From the NCBI GenBank assembly GCA_964479045.1, contig CAYZJI010000003.1:95483-159482 (forward strand): a stretch of 64,000 nucleotides of DNA. Direction: 5' to 3'. Position numbers and translations under genes: made by a program. Source of the DNA: an uncultured Enterobacteriaceae bacterium. Its GTDB lineage: Bacteria > Pseudomonadota > Gammaproteobacteria > Eutrophobiales > Eutrophobiaceae. A model generated the notes under the pieces. The model saw only the letters and a list, made by a program, of their open reading frames with translations, searched no databases and was not told the origin of the DNA. Below are positions 39,827 to 48,695 of this stretch, piece by piece (position 1 is the stretch's first letter; every line of letters begins with the position of its first letter).

Positions 39827-40769
39827 TTACCACCACACCCCACGGGGCTTCACCGACCTTGATGGTTTTGATGACTTCATCCTTTTCGGTATCAATTACA
39901 GAAACCTGATTGTCCACGCCATCCGTGGTGTAGACCCGTTTGCCATCGCTGCTGACTGCAAGCCCCCAGACACGCTTGCCAACAGGAATTTTCTTTAATG
40001 TGGTCATGCTTTCAGTATCGATCACAAAGATACTGTTGGCGCGGCCACCAGCAACATAGATTTTCTTTTCATCTTTGCTCAGGCGCACATCCTTGGGTTT
40101 GGCGTTTGGATCATCCAGTTTCACGACCTTGATAATCTCGTGTTTATCCATGTCAATTTTTTTGACTTCACCACTGATTTCAGAGGTGGCATAGGCGATC
40201 TTGCTGTCGGCGGTGAATGTGGCATCACGTGGTCGTGCGCCCACCAGAATATTGGCAATGATGTTGTGTTCCGGCACGGCAATCACATGCAGCATGTTGC
40301 TGGATTCACTGGTGACCATGACTTTCTTGCCATCCGGTGATATCGCCACACCTTCCGGTTCCAGACCCACCTGAATCTCTATGATTTTCTCCCCGCTTTT
40401 GGGATTGAAAGCCGTGGCCAGCCCGGCATCTTCATTGGAGATATAAAGATTTCCGTTCGGATGTACTGCAAAGGTTTCCGGGTCGGAACCGGCATTGAAT
40501 TTACGTGCAACTTCCAGGGTTTTCGGATCAATCACGGCGACTGCGTCTTCGTCACCCAGCGCTACATAAACTTCACTGCCATCCGGTGCTACGCCGATGC
40601 CGCGCGGGCGTTTGCCGACGTTGATGTCTTTCTCGACTTCAAGGGTTTCCGGATTGATCACGCTGACCGTGTCGCTTTTTTCATTGGTCACAAATATCCG
40701 GTGACTGGGCTCAGCCATGACCGGTCCGGAGAGTAATATTCCGGCCATCAAAGTGTAAACATATTTCAT
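39819..40769 (-). CDS. YVTN-family beta-propeller repeat protein (periplasmic), PQQ-dehydrogenase-associated type
   Basis: Signal peptide and repeated beta-propeller blades of about 40 aa (VYVA..., IYVAGG...). Confidence 0.7.
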   Translation of the reverse strand: MKYVYTLMAGILLSGPVMAEPSHRIFVTNEKSDTVSVINPETLEVEKDINVGKRPRGIGVAPDGSEVYVALGDEDAVAVIDPKTLEVARKFNAGSDPETFAVHPNGNLYISNEDAGLATAFNPKSGEKIIEIQVGLEPEGVAISPDGKKVMVTSESSNMLHVIAVPEHNIIANILVGARPRDATFTADSKIAYATSEISGEVKKIDMDKHEIIKVVKLDDPNAKPKDVRLSKDEKKIYVAGGRANSIFVIDTESMTTLKKIPVGKRVWGLAVSSDGKRVYTTDGVDNQVSVIDTEKDEVIKTIKVGEAPWGVVVND

Positions 40770-40785
40770 TTGTGGTATCTCCTTA

Positions 40786-40841
40786 AGTGAATAAGTAACG
40801 AGTTATGAGTAATGAGTGACGAGAGATGAGTAACGAGTGAA
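40786..40841. repeat. Heptanucleotide tandem array (GAGTRAY) x8, followed at 40846-40876 by an inverted partial copy
   Basis: AGTGAAT AAGTAAC GAGTTAT GAGTAAT GAGTGAC GAGAGAT GAGTAAC GAGTGAA; then AACTCATCCCTCGTCACTCATTACT, which is the reverse complement of about 3.5 units. Together they form a long imperfect palindrome. Confidence 0.6.
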
Positions 40842-40871
40842 ATACATTAACTCATCCCTCGTCACTCATTA

Positions 40872-41684
40872 CTATTTGGCACATTCGATGTTGCCGAGCG
40901 TATCAAGTTCATTGGGCTTGACCACTCCCGCTACCGGGGCTTCGCCGACAATTTCATCGTTTTCGACGAGCAGCAGGATCTGACGTAACTGGCCCGTAGC
41001 ACGGAAGCTCATATCGGTCCCTTTCTGACCATCAAACACCAGATCATTTTTCAGAAAGGTGAGCAGCTTGCCGGCATCGGTAATTTTCTGGCGTGCTACC
41101 GTATCCGTGACCATTTTGATAGCCGCCCAGCCGGCCCATGAAGCGTCATCCATTTTGACGTCATTGGCTTTGCGGAAACGGTTATTCAGTTCACGCGCGG
41201 CATATTTCTCGAAAGACGCATGCCAGGCTTGTGCCACAGCTTTGGAATCAGCCGATTTTTTCCGCCATTGCTCTTCAGAATCCAGTTTCATCTGTTTGCT
41301 GGGTGGAACATGCAGGGCATTGGGCAGGCATAATGCACGCAGGCTGTCATCTTCAAGCGTGAGATTGAAAACAGCAACGTCCGGCAGTTTCTCGACCAGT
41401 TTGCGGTAGGCCTCCTGATCGACAGCAGCAAAAACCGCCAGATAACCGGCATAATCCCTGTCCAGGACATCTGCCGGATTGACAGTATCAAGCGTATACG
41501 TCTGTCCCAGAAATTTCCCCTGCAGATTTGCCTCACTGAGGCCTTGCTGGAGGCCGAGGTAACTGTGTGTTGCTTTGTCCCCGGCATAGATAAATTTGTA
41601 GTTCATGGGCTCGGTTTGTGCTGTTGCCGGCGCAAACACGTTGAATATTGCAATTATCAGATTGACAAATATTACTTTTTTCAT
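40872..41684 (-). CDS. Periplasmic substrate-binding-like protein, possibly MxaJ/MoxJ-type quinoprotein-dehydrogenase-associated
   Basis: Signal peptide MKKVIFVNLIIAIFNVFAPATA and a soluble domain of about 250 aa. Adjacent to the YVTN propeller gene as in PQQ-dehydrogenase clusters. ORF-track start 41858 rejected in favour of 41684 (or 41693). Confidence 0.4.
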   Translation of the reverse strand: MKKVIFVNLIIAIFNVFAPATAQTEPMNYKFIYAGDKATHSYLGLQQGLSEANLQGKFLGQTYTLDTVNPADVLDRDYAGYLAVFAAVDQEAYRKLVEKLPDVAVFNLTLEDDSLRALCLPNALHVPPSKQMKLDSEEQWRKKSADSKAVAQAWHASFEKYAARELNNRFRKANDVKMDDASWAGWAAIKMVTDTVARQKITDAGKLLTFLKNDLVFDGQKGTDMSFRATGQLRQILLLVENDEIVGEAPVAGVVKPNELDTLGNIECAK

Positions 41685-41992
41685 GAGCAGCATTCTCTCA
41701 AGATGAATATGAATTTGAGTATTTGATGTCCTGGAGCGCAGATTGTTCAAAATTCTCTTGAAATTGAACAGGTTGCCGTTAAGGTATGATTCAGGAAAAC
41801 AGCAGCCATCGGGAATAGTCCACGGACTCACCATGCCAACAGATGATAATGATAACAATCATCATCTGAATTGAAATAGGAATATTGCCCGAATCGGAAA
41901 ACCTTATTATCCTGTCAACATATATGAAATTTGTCTCATATATGACTTTAGCAAGCATATAATAATGAGTGAGTTTTGAGGGAGATGCCCAG

Positions 41993-42472
41993 ATGCTCAA
42001 ATCGCTGCAAATAGAACCTGAGAAGTGTACCGGTTGTTTACAATGTGAAATGGCCTGTTCCTATGAGGCCACCGGATTTTTCAACCCGGCCAAGTCCCGT
42101 ATCAAGATTTTTACCTTTCACGAAGAAGGCCGTTTCGTTCCCTACACCTGCACACAATGCTCCGAAGCCTGGTGCATGCATGCCTGCCCGGTGGAGGCGA
42201 TAGTCATCAACCAGTCCACGGGCGCCAAAGAAGTGCTCGCGGATGTCTGCGTCGGCTGCAAGGTCTGTACGATTGCCTGTCCGTTTGGCACAGTGAATTA
42301 CGATCAACAGACCAAGGTCGTTTATAAATGTGATCTATGCGGCGGAGATCCGGAGTGTGCAAAGGCCTGCCCGACACATGCGATTACCTATGTTGATGCG
42401 GACCATACTGGTCTTGAGCGTATGCGCGCTCATGCGGCAAAAAATCTACCACACGACAGTGCAAAGGCTTAG
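41993..42472 (+). CDS. Tetra-[4Fe-4S] ferredoxin-like subunit (AorA-like)
   Basis: Four CxxCxxCxxxCP cluster motifs. The RBS GAGGGAG is 8 nt upstream of ATG 41993; the ORF-track GTG 41969 is probably an extension. Confidence 0.75.
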   Translation: MLKSLQIEPEKCTGCLQCEMACSYEATGFFNPAKSRIKIFTFHEEGRFVPYTCTQCSEAWCMHACPVEAIVINQSTGAKEVLADVCVGCKVCTIACPFGTVNYDQQTKVVYKCDLCGGDPECAKACPTHAITYVDADHTGLERMRAHAAKNLPHDSAKA

Positions 42473-42486
42473 AGGAGGTTTGGACT

Positions 42487-44361
42487 ATGGCGTGGACAAG
42501 AAATGTAATGCGGGTGAACCTGACCAAGGGCACCATCAAGAACGAACCTCTCAATATGAAATGGGCCATGGATTACCTGGGCCAGAGAGGGTTGGCAACC
42601 AAATATCTGGTTGAAGAAATCGACCCCAAATGTGAGGCGTTGGGGCCGGACAATAAACTTATCATGACCACCGGGCCGCTCACAGGAACAATGGCCTCGA
42701 CTGGCGGGCGATATTCAGTAGTCACCAAAAGCCCATTGACGGGTGCGATTGCCTGTTCCAACTCCGGCGGATTCATCGGTAATGAAATCAAGAATGCCGG
42801 CTGGGACATGATCATTTTTGAAGGCAAATCACCCAAACCGGTTTATCTCTATATCGAAAATGAAAAAGCCGAGCTGTTGACAGCAGACGATCTATGGGGC
42901 AAATCTGTCTGGGAAGCGGATGAAATGCTCCACAAGAAACACCAGGATCCTTTATTACGTGTGGCGATCGTAGGGCGTTCCGCCGAGCAGGGTTGTCTTT
43001 ATGCAGCCATCATCAATGATATGCACCGTGCCGCCGGACGTTCCGGTGTGGGTACTGTCATGGCATCCAAGAATCTGAAAGCAATCGCTGTGCGTGGCAC
43101 CAAAGGTGTGGGCAATATCAAGGATCCGATCGCGTTTATCAAAGCTACGCAGGCAGGCAAAAAAGTACTCGCCGATAATGCGGTTACCGGGCAAGGTCTG
43201 CCCAAGCTTGGTACACAAGTGTTGATGAACGTGATTAATGAAATCGGTGCCATGCCGACGCGCAACATGCGTGAAGTCCAGTTTGAAGGTGCCAGCAAGA
43301 TTTCCGGTGAGGCCATGACTGAACCGCGTGCATCAGATGGCAAACCCAACCTGACCACCAATGGCGCGTGTTTTGGTTGTACGATTGCCTGCGGCCGTAT
43401 TTCAACCATTGATCGCACCCATTTTACCATCCAGAACAAACCCCAATACTGGGGCAATTCCGGTGGGCTGGAATATGAAGCGGCCTGGGCGCTGGGTTCA
43501 GATACCGGGGTTGATGATCTGGATGCGCTGACCTACGCCAACTTCCTGTGTAATGAAGATGGTTATGATCCAATTTCATTTGGCTCAACCGTTGCAGCGG
43601 CCATGGAGTTGTTTGAAACCGGTGCCATTACGACCAAAGAAACGGGTGGAATGGAACTGAAATTCGGATCCGCCAAAGCACTGGCATGGTGTGCTGAAGT
43701 TGTCGCGACCGGCGAAGGCTTTGGCAAGGACCTTGGACTCGGTTCAAAACGTCTGTGTGAAAAATATGGCAAGCCGGAATTTTCCATGACGGTGAAAGGC
43801 CAGGAATTCCCGGCTTACGATCCGCGTGGCATACAAGGCATGGGTCTCGCCTATGCCACTTCCAATCGTGGAGCCTGTCATTTGCGTGGCTATACCGTGG
43901 CTTCCGAAGTGCTCGGCATACCGGTTAAAACGGATCCACTGGTGACCGACGGCAAGGCAGAACTGGTCAAGGCATTTCAGGATGCAACGGCTGCGGTGGA
44001 CTCCACCGGCTTGTGTGTGTTTACGACGTTCGCCTGGACATTGGAGGATATTGCACCTCAGGTCAATGCTGCCTGCGAAGGCACCTGGACACCGGAAAAA
44101 ATGATGGAAGTTGGCGAACGTATCTGGAACATGGAACGTGATTTCAATATTGCGGCAGGGATCACCGGCAAGGATGATAATCTGCCCAAGCGTCTCGTCA
44201 AGGACATAAAAGCAGCGACAGGTCCGGCCAAGGGACGTTTGAATGATCTCGATAAAATGCTGCCGGAGTATTATCAGATACGGGGCTGGAGCAAAGAAGG
44301 TGTTCCGACTCCGGACACGCGCAAGCGTCTGGGCCTCAATCCCAAAGGCCTGGCGGCCTGA
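42487..44361 (+). CDS. Tungsten-containing aldehyde ferredoxin oxidoreductase (AOR family catalytic subunit, AorB-like)
   Basis: 624 aa, aligns end to end with Pyrococcus-type AOR (N-terminal MxxxWxRxxRVNL, GGRYxVVTKSPLTG, the Cys ligands for the cluster, and the EPxPxG region). Good RBS AGGAGG. Confidence 0.9.
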   Translation: MAWTRNVMRVNLTKGTIKNEPLNMKWAMDYLGQRGLATKYLVEEIDPKCEALGPDNKLIMTTGPLTGTMASTGGRYSVVTKSPLTGAIACSNSGGFIGNEIKNAGWDMIIFEGKSPKPVYLYIENEKAELLTADDLWGKSVWEADEMLHKKHQDPLLRVAIVGRSAEQGCLYAAIINDMHRAAGRSGVGTVMASKNLKAIAVRGTKGVGNIKDPIAFIKATQAGKKVLADNAVTGQGLPKLGTQVLMNVINEIGAMPTRNMREVQFEGASKISGEAMTEPRASDGKPNLTTNGACFGCTIACGRISTIDRTHFTIQNKPQYWGNSGGLEYEAAWALGSDTGVDDLDALTYANFLCNEDGYDPISFGSTVAAAMELFETGAITTKETGGMELKFGSAKALAWCAEVVATGEGFGKDLGLGSKRLCEKYGKPEFSMTVKGQEFPAYDPRGIQGMGLAYATSNRGACHLRGYTVASEVLGIPVKTDPLVTDGKAELVKAFQDATAAVDSTGLCVFTTFAWTLEDIAPQVNAACEGTWTPEKMMEVGERIWNMERDFNIAAGITGKDDNLPKRLVKDIKAATGPAKGRLNDLDKMLPEYYQIRGWSKEGVPTPDTRKRLGLNPKGLAA

Positions 44362-44375
44362 TCCGGGGGTAAATC

Positions 44376-45650
44376 ATGGAACACATCATCATCGGCGCCG
44401 GTCCGGCGGGCGTTATTGCGGCCGAAACCTTGCGCAAGGTTGATCCGGGTTCACGTGTCACGCTCATAGGCGATGAGCCCGAGCCCCCCTATTCACGCAT
44501 GGCATTACCTTATTACCTGATTGAAAAGATCAAGGAAGAGGGCACCTACCTGCGAAAAACCAGGACTCATTACGAGGACAAGGGTATTCGCCTCGTTCGC
44601 GATCGAGTCACACAAGTTGATCCCAAAAACAAAAAACTGAAACTGCAGAATGATGGTACGATCAGTTATGACCGGTTGCTTATTGCAACCGGATCACATC
44701 CCATACGTCCGCCCATTCCGGGCATGGATCTGCCGGGGGTGCATTCCTGCTGGACGCTGGAAGATGGCCGTGCCATAGCCAAAAAAGCAAAACCGGGTGC
44801 CACGGTTGTCCTGATGGGTGCAGGATTTATCGGCTGCATTATTCTCGAAGCGCTGGCATTGCGTGGAGTAAAGCTCACGGTGGTTGAAATGGGAGATCGC
44901 ATGGTGCCACGCATGATGAATCAGGCGGCCGGCAACATGATCAAGCGCTGGTGCCAGGAAAAAGGCGTCACCGTACATACCTCAACCAAGGTAGAGGCCA
45001 TTGAAAAAGGTGGCCTGACCGGTCGTGGCAAACTCAAGGTGAGTCTTGGCAATGGTGAAGTGATCAAGGCTGATTTGGTCATCTCCGCAACCGGTGTCAG
45101 ATCGAATATCCAGTTTCTGGAAGGCAGTGGTATCGGCACAGAGTTTGGTGTGCTGGTGAACGATCATTTGCAAAGCAATATTCCCGAAATCTATGCTGCA
45201 GGTGATGTTTGTCAGGGCAAGGATTTTTCTACAGGCGAATACAGTGTGCAGGCCATACAACCTACAGCCGCCGATCATGGCCGCGTTGCGGCAATGAACA
45301 TGGCGGGCAAAAAAACCATACATCAAGGCAGTGTGAACATGAACGTGCTGGATACCATGGGTCTCATATCCAGTTCCTATGGTTTGTGGATGGGTGTGGA
45401 TGGCGGGGACTCAGTAGAACTGAATGATCCCGCGCGTTATCGTTATCTCAGTCTGCAATTCCAAGATGATGTGCTGGTGGGCGCACAGGCGCTGGGCCTG
45501 ACCAATCATGTGGGTGTACTGCGTGGTCTCATTCAGACCAAATTGCATCTGGGCAAGTGGAAACATCATTTGATGAATGATCCAACCCGGTTGATGGAAG
45601 CTTATCTTGGTTCCACACAGTCGATTGGTCATAATGCGGGTGTGATTTAA
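44376..45650 (+). CDS. FAD-dependent pyridine-nucleotide-disulfide-oxidoreductase-family protein (AorC-like electron-transfer subunit)
   Basis: N-terminal IIGAGPAGV FAD fold and a second dinucleotide-binding GxGxxG (VVLMGAGFIG). Downstream of the AOR gene. Confidence 0.75.
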   Translation: MEHIIIGAGPAGVIAAETLRKVDPGSRVTLIGDEPEPPYSRMALPYYLIEKIKEEGTYLRKTRTHYEDKGIRLVRDRVTQVDPKNKKLKLQNDGTISYDRLLIATGSHPIRPPIPGMDLPGVHSCWTLEDGRAIAKKAKPGATVVLMGAGFIGCIILEALALRGVKLTVVEMGDRMVPRMMNQAAGNMIKRWCQEKGVTVHTSTKVEAIEKGGLTGRGKLKVSLGNGEVIKADLVISATGVRSNIQFLEGSGIGTEFGVLVNDHLQSNIPEIYAAGDVCQGKDFSTGEYSVQAIQPTAADHGRVAAMNMAGKKTIHQGSVNMNVLDTMGLISSSYGLWMGVDGGDSVELNDPARYRYLSLQFQDDVLVGAQALGLTNHVGVLRGLIQTKLHLGKWKHHLMNDPTRLMEAYLGSTQSIGHNAGVI

Positions 45651-45659
45651 CCAACAATT

Positions 45660-45760
45660 CCCCTCCCCCTTGCAGGGGGAGGGTTTAGGGTGGGGGTGTA
45701 AGTTTTTTTAACCCTCATCCCAACCTTCCCCCTGAGGGAGAAGGAGACCTAGAACCTATA
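45660..45760. repeat. Solo copy of the GC-rich palindrome family (CCCTCCCCC-TTGCA-GGGGGAGGG plus GGGTGGGGGTG arm)
   Basis: A perfect palindrome with 9-nt arms, then GGGTGGGGGTG ... CCTTCCCCCTGAGGGAGAAGG. Related to the repeats bracketing the DUF559 gene at 51723-52196. Confidence 0.55.
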
Positions 45761-45772
45761 TATTCAAGACTC

Positions 45773-46024
45773 ATGCAAATTACCTTCAAACTCTACGCTA
45801 CACTCACTGATTACCTGCCGGAACGCTTGGACAAACATGCTGTAAAGGTGGATATTCCGGAGAATGCCACGGCCTGGCAGATTATTGATCAGTTCAAAGT
45901 ACCAAGAGCCATGGCGCATCTCGTATTACTGAATGGTGTCTATCTCGCTCCCGAAGAACGTAACACACGCACCTTTAAAGAAGGGGACACACTGGCGGTT
46001 TGGCCGCCTGTCGCGGGTGGGTGA
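45773..46024 (+). CDS. MoaD/ThiS-family sulfur-carrier protein, AOR-associated
   Basis: 83 aa beta-grasp protein ending in ...VWPPVAGG (C-terminal Gly-Gly). Confidence 0.7.
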   Translation: MQITFKLYATLTDYLPERLDKHAVKVDIPENATAWQIIDQFKVPRAMAHLVLLNGVYLAPEERNTRTFKEGDTLAVWPPVAGG

Positions 46025-46361
46025 ACCCGATCAAGAAATTGGTAGTAACTCAGTTTGTCATCCCGAACGAATGTGAGGGATCTTGCTATTTAATAAATAC
46101 AAGATTTCTCAGCCACTTCGTGGCTTCGAAAAGACATCCATTGTATGGCGAGTTTCAAATTGAGCTACTACAAAGAAATTCATCCAGTGGATGAATTTCC
46201 CGGCGACAAATTTGATCTCATCAAATTTGGGCAGTGAACCTGCCCGCAGGGCGAACGCCAGAGATGTCAGTATTGAAATTAATTGCAGATAGCATATACG
46301 TAGAATAAAGACATTTAACTTGTCTTTTTCTGGTCAATACAAAACACTCCTGAACTGACAC

Positions 46362-46643
46362 ATGCGTATTAAACGTGAAATGACTATCACCCATGCCGAT
46401 TTTTTCCGGATACTGCCCAAGGCACTGGGGAACGGGCATTACATCAGGCATGGTAATACGGTCACTTTTGACCAGCCTGATTATCAGATCAATATCTACC
46501 TGTCAGATGAGCGCCGCCGCAATATTGCCGGCCTGGAATTGCCTGTGACAGACATCGAGATACATATTGAGGGATGTGAGCTAGAAACAGCTGAGCGCGT
46601 ACTTAAACGATTCGAACTGTCCTATCAAAAAGGTGGCGGTTAA
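46362..46643 (+). CDS. Small hypothetical protein (about 90 aa)
   Basis: Isolated ORF in a long intergenic region. No motif recognised. Low confidence. Confidence 0.3.
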   Translation: MRIKREMTITHADFFRILPKALGNGHYIRHGNTVTFDQPDYQINIYLSDERRRNIAGLELPVTDIEIHIEGCELETAERVLKRFELSYQKGGG

Positions 46644-46963
46644 AAGTCTATAAAATTCAAAAAGTTAGTTAGATATTATTATTCTGATGATGATTAATGT
46701 CTGAAGGTCTGCATCGGTTTACCCAGTCTGTGTTGTATATTTACAACAAAATGACTGAAAGAAGGTTAATTTCTGTTGTTTTTTTGTAAAAAAAGACTTG
46801 CTGCTCCCTTTTGATTGTTGTATTTTTCAAATCGTCCGTAAAAAGACATCCTTCTCTGTATAGCTTTAACTCGCTGAATGTTCAGGGGGAGACAGGCTGG
46901 GGAGATCGACTTTAAATTTCTAGAAATTTAAGTTGCTTTAAAATTTTTTTGGAGGATATACAA

Positions 46964-48184
46964 GTGAAAAATTTACCATTTAAGAAAGCCCTCCTGGCGG
47001 TTGCCGTGGGTGCATTCTCCGCATCAGCCATGGCTGATGACGCAGGTGGCACCAACTGGAGCCTCTCAGGCTGGATTAACGAAGGTATTATGTATTATGA
47101 CGATGGCGGCACATCTGACATCAATCAGGTTTCTGATAACGGTGTTACGCTGGGCAGCCGTATGACCTTTGCCGGCTCAACCGACCTGTCCCATGGTCTG
47201 AGCGCTGGTTTTGAAGTCATTCTGGAACCGCAAGATGCCAACCAGCCGATCCTGGCCTCACAGACTGCTCTGGATACCGGTACTAACCTGCTGAACGGTA
47301 TTACCACTCTGGGCCACAGTGTGTTTGTCAACGGTGGCTGGGGTAAACTGACTGTAGGTCTGCAAACCACCCCGACAGATAATATTGCTGTATTGGCCGA
47401 CCCGTCCCTGACGCTGTGGGATTCCATCGGCGTTCTGTTCCGTGGTAACGGCTTTGCAGTTACCGGCGCTCCGGGCACCTTCGGCAGTTATGTGTCCTGC
47501 TACGGCAGCGGCTTGGGCATTGGTCTGGACTGTAACGGTATTTACCGTAACGCTGTCCGTTACGACCTGCCAACTTTCATCGAAGGTCTGAGCATTGCTA
47601 CTTCCTATGCCAATGACGACATCTATGATGTTGCCGGCAAGTGGAATGGCCAACTGGGTCGTCTGACTGCCATTCTGCACATGGGCTATACCTACACTGC
47701 CAGCGTGGACAACCCGGGTAGTCCATTTCCTGTAAATGCTGGATATGACAGTACCGATCTGTTCCAGCTTCAGGCGGGCTTGATGGATCCGGTCACTGGT
47801 TTGTTCGGCAGCATTGCTTACCAGAACGAATCTGCTGACACTGATGCTGGCGCCGCAGCTAATATAGCTGATGATAGTGATGTATGGTGGCTGAAAGTTG
47901 GTATCAAGAAAGCATTCAACTCGCTGGGTGATACCGCTATTGCCTTCCAGTACGGCAGCTATAATGATCAGTACGGTGCAGTCCATGTAGCTAATGGCGT
48001 AACCGGTTCCGAACTGGAACGTATCGGTTTCTCCATCAACCAGTACTTCGGCAGCCGTCTGATCATCTACGGTGCTTATGAAAATCTGGATGTTGATGTT
48101 GACGGTCCGGCCGCAACCCAGGCTCTGTATGCTGGTGCTGAAGACCTCGATATCTTCACCCTGGGCTTTACCTTCTTCTATTGA
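46964..48184 (+). CDS. Outer-membrane porin (Gram-negative general porin family)
   Basis: Signal peptide ending AMA. Alternating beta-strand pattern with a Gly/Asn/Thr-rich sequence. C-terminal ...LGFTFFY with a terminal aromatic residue. Start likely GTG 46964, preceded by the RBS GGAGGA. Confidence 0.7.
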   Translation: MKNLPFKKALLAVAVGAFSASAMADDAGGTNWSLSGWINEGIMYYDDGGTSDINQVSDNGVTLGSRMTFAGSTDLSHGLSAGFEVILEPQDANQPILASQTALDTGTNLLNGITTLGHSVFVNGGWGKLTVGLQTTPTDNIAVLADPSLTLWDSIGVLFRGNGFAVTGAPGTFGSYVSCYGSGLGIGLDCNGIYRNAVRYDLPTFIEGLSIATSYANDDIYDVAGKWNGQLGRLTAILHMGYTYTASVDNPGSPFPVNAGYDSTDLFQLQAGLMDPVTGLFGSIAYQNESADTDAGAAANIADDSDVWWLKVGIKKAFNSLGDTAIAFQYGSYNDQYGAVHVANGVTGSELERIGFSINQYFGSRLIIYGAYENLDVDVDGPAATQALYAGAEDLDIFTLGFTFFY

Positions 48185-48225
48185 TCGTGTGATTTAGCAG
48201 AAGAATAGTAGTTACAGCAGTAATA

Positions 48226-48253
48226 AAAGGCCCCTTCGGGGGCCTTTTTTTAT
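48226..48253 (+). terminator. Rho-independent terminator after the porin gene
   Basis: AAAGGCCCC-TTCG-GGGGCCTTTTTTT. Confidence 0.8.
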
Positions 48254-48269
48254 TTACAGGGACGTAATG

Positions 48270-48470
48270 TATACCCGATGTGCAGGAGCACACATCGGGT
48301 ATATTTGTAACAGGATGTACGGTATGCCGCGGGCGCAGGATGCGCACGACTGCATGGATGCAGGAGATAGTGCGACGCAGGAGCCAAAGCCGAGGAGCAG
48401 CGTACAGGGGTTTTAGATAGAATTTGCAGGAGCACACATCAGGTATATTTGTACAAGATGTACGGCAGAA
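48270..48470. repeat. Intergenic repeat cluster: two direct copies of a 43-bp unit plus GCAGGAG-rich spacer
   Basis: TGCAGGAGCACACATCGGGTATATTTGTAACAGGATGTACGG at 48281-48323 is repeated at 48425-48465. The first copy is embedded in the palindrome TACCCGATGTG...CACATCGGGTA. Six or seven GCAGGAG motifs. 21-nt core GCCGCGGGCGCAGGATGCGCA is shared with 60963-61003. Confidence 0.5.
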
Positions 48471-48695
48471 AATTGCGCCTGCATTTTCTGCATTCCCGTC
48501 ATCCATGGCGCGGTCGTATACCGCTTGCAATCAAATGACCATATAGGCACGAATTTACAGAGCTGCATGGTACACAGCTGAATGTACGGTAAAGGGCATT
48601 CCCCAGAAATTCTCTACAGTCAGCGCGGGTATTAAGGTAAACTTCCCGCCCGTAAGAGTATCTAAAACACGGGCCCATTCAATAACATCAATATC

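Noticed and set aside
41685-41992. Sigma-54 promoter upstream of the AOR operon (target for the NtrC-type regulator)
   Set aside because: No GG-N10-GC element with acceptable flanks was found. The CTGGAGCGCAGATTGTT stretch has the wrong spacing.
46362-46643. Small ORF ending in GGG considered as a third ubiquitin-like sulfur carrier
   Set aside because: No beta-grasp-like pattern or MoaD/ThiS similarity is discernible. A C-terminal Gly run alone is insufficient. Kept only as a low-confidence hypothetical CDS.
46025-46963. tRNA, riboswitch or sRNA in the two long intergenic regions flanking 46362-46643 and upstream of the porin
   Set aside because: No cloverleaf or T-loop (GTTCGAATC-like) sequences and no recognisable riboswitch cores. 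Only short palindromes (ATTCATCCAGTGGATGAAT, TTTCTAGAAATTT) were seen.
48270-48470. Possible CRISPR array (repeated 43-bp unit)
   Set aside because: Only two copies, 144 bp apart. The intervening sequence is itself repetitive rather than unique spacers, the unit contains a long internal palindrome atypical of the array, and no cas genes are in the window.
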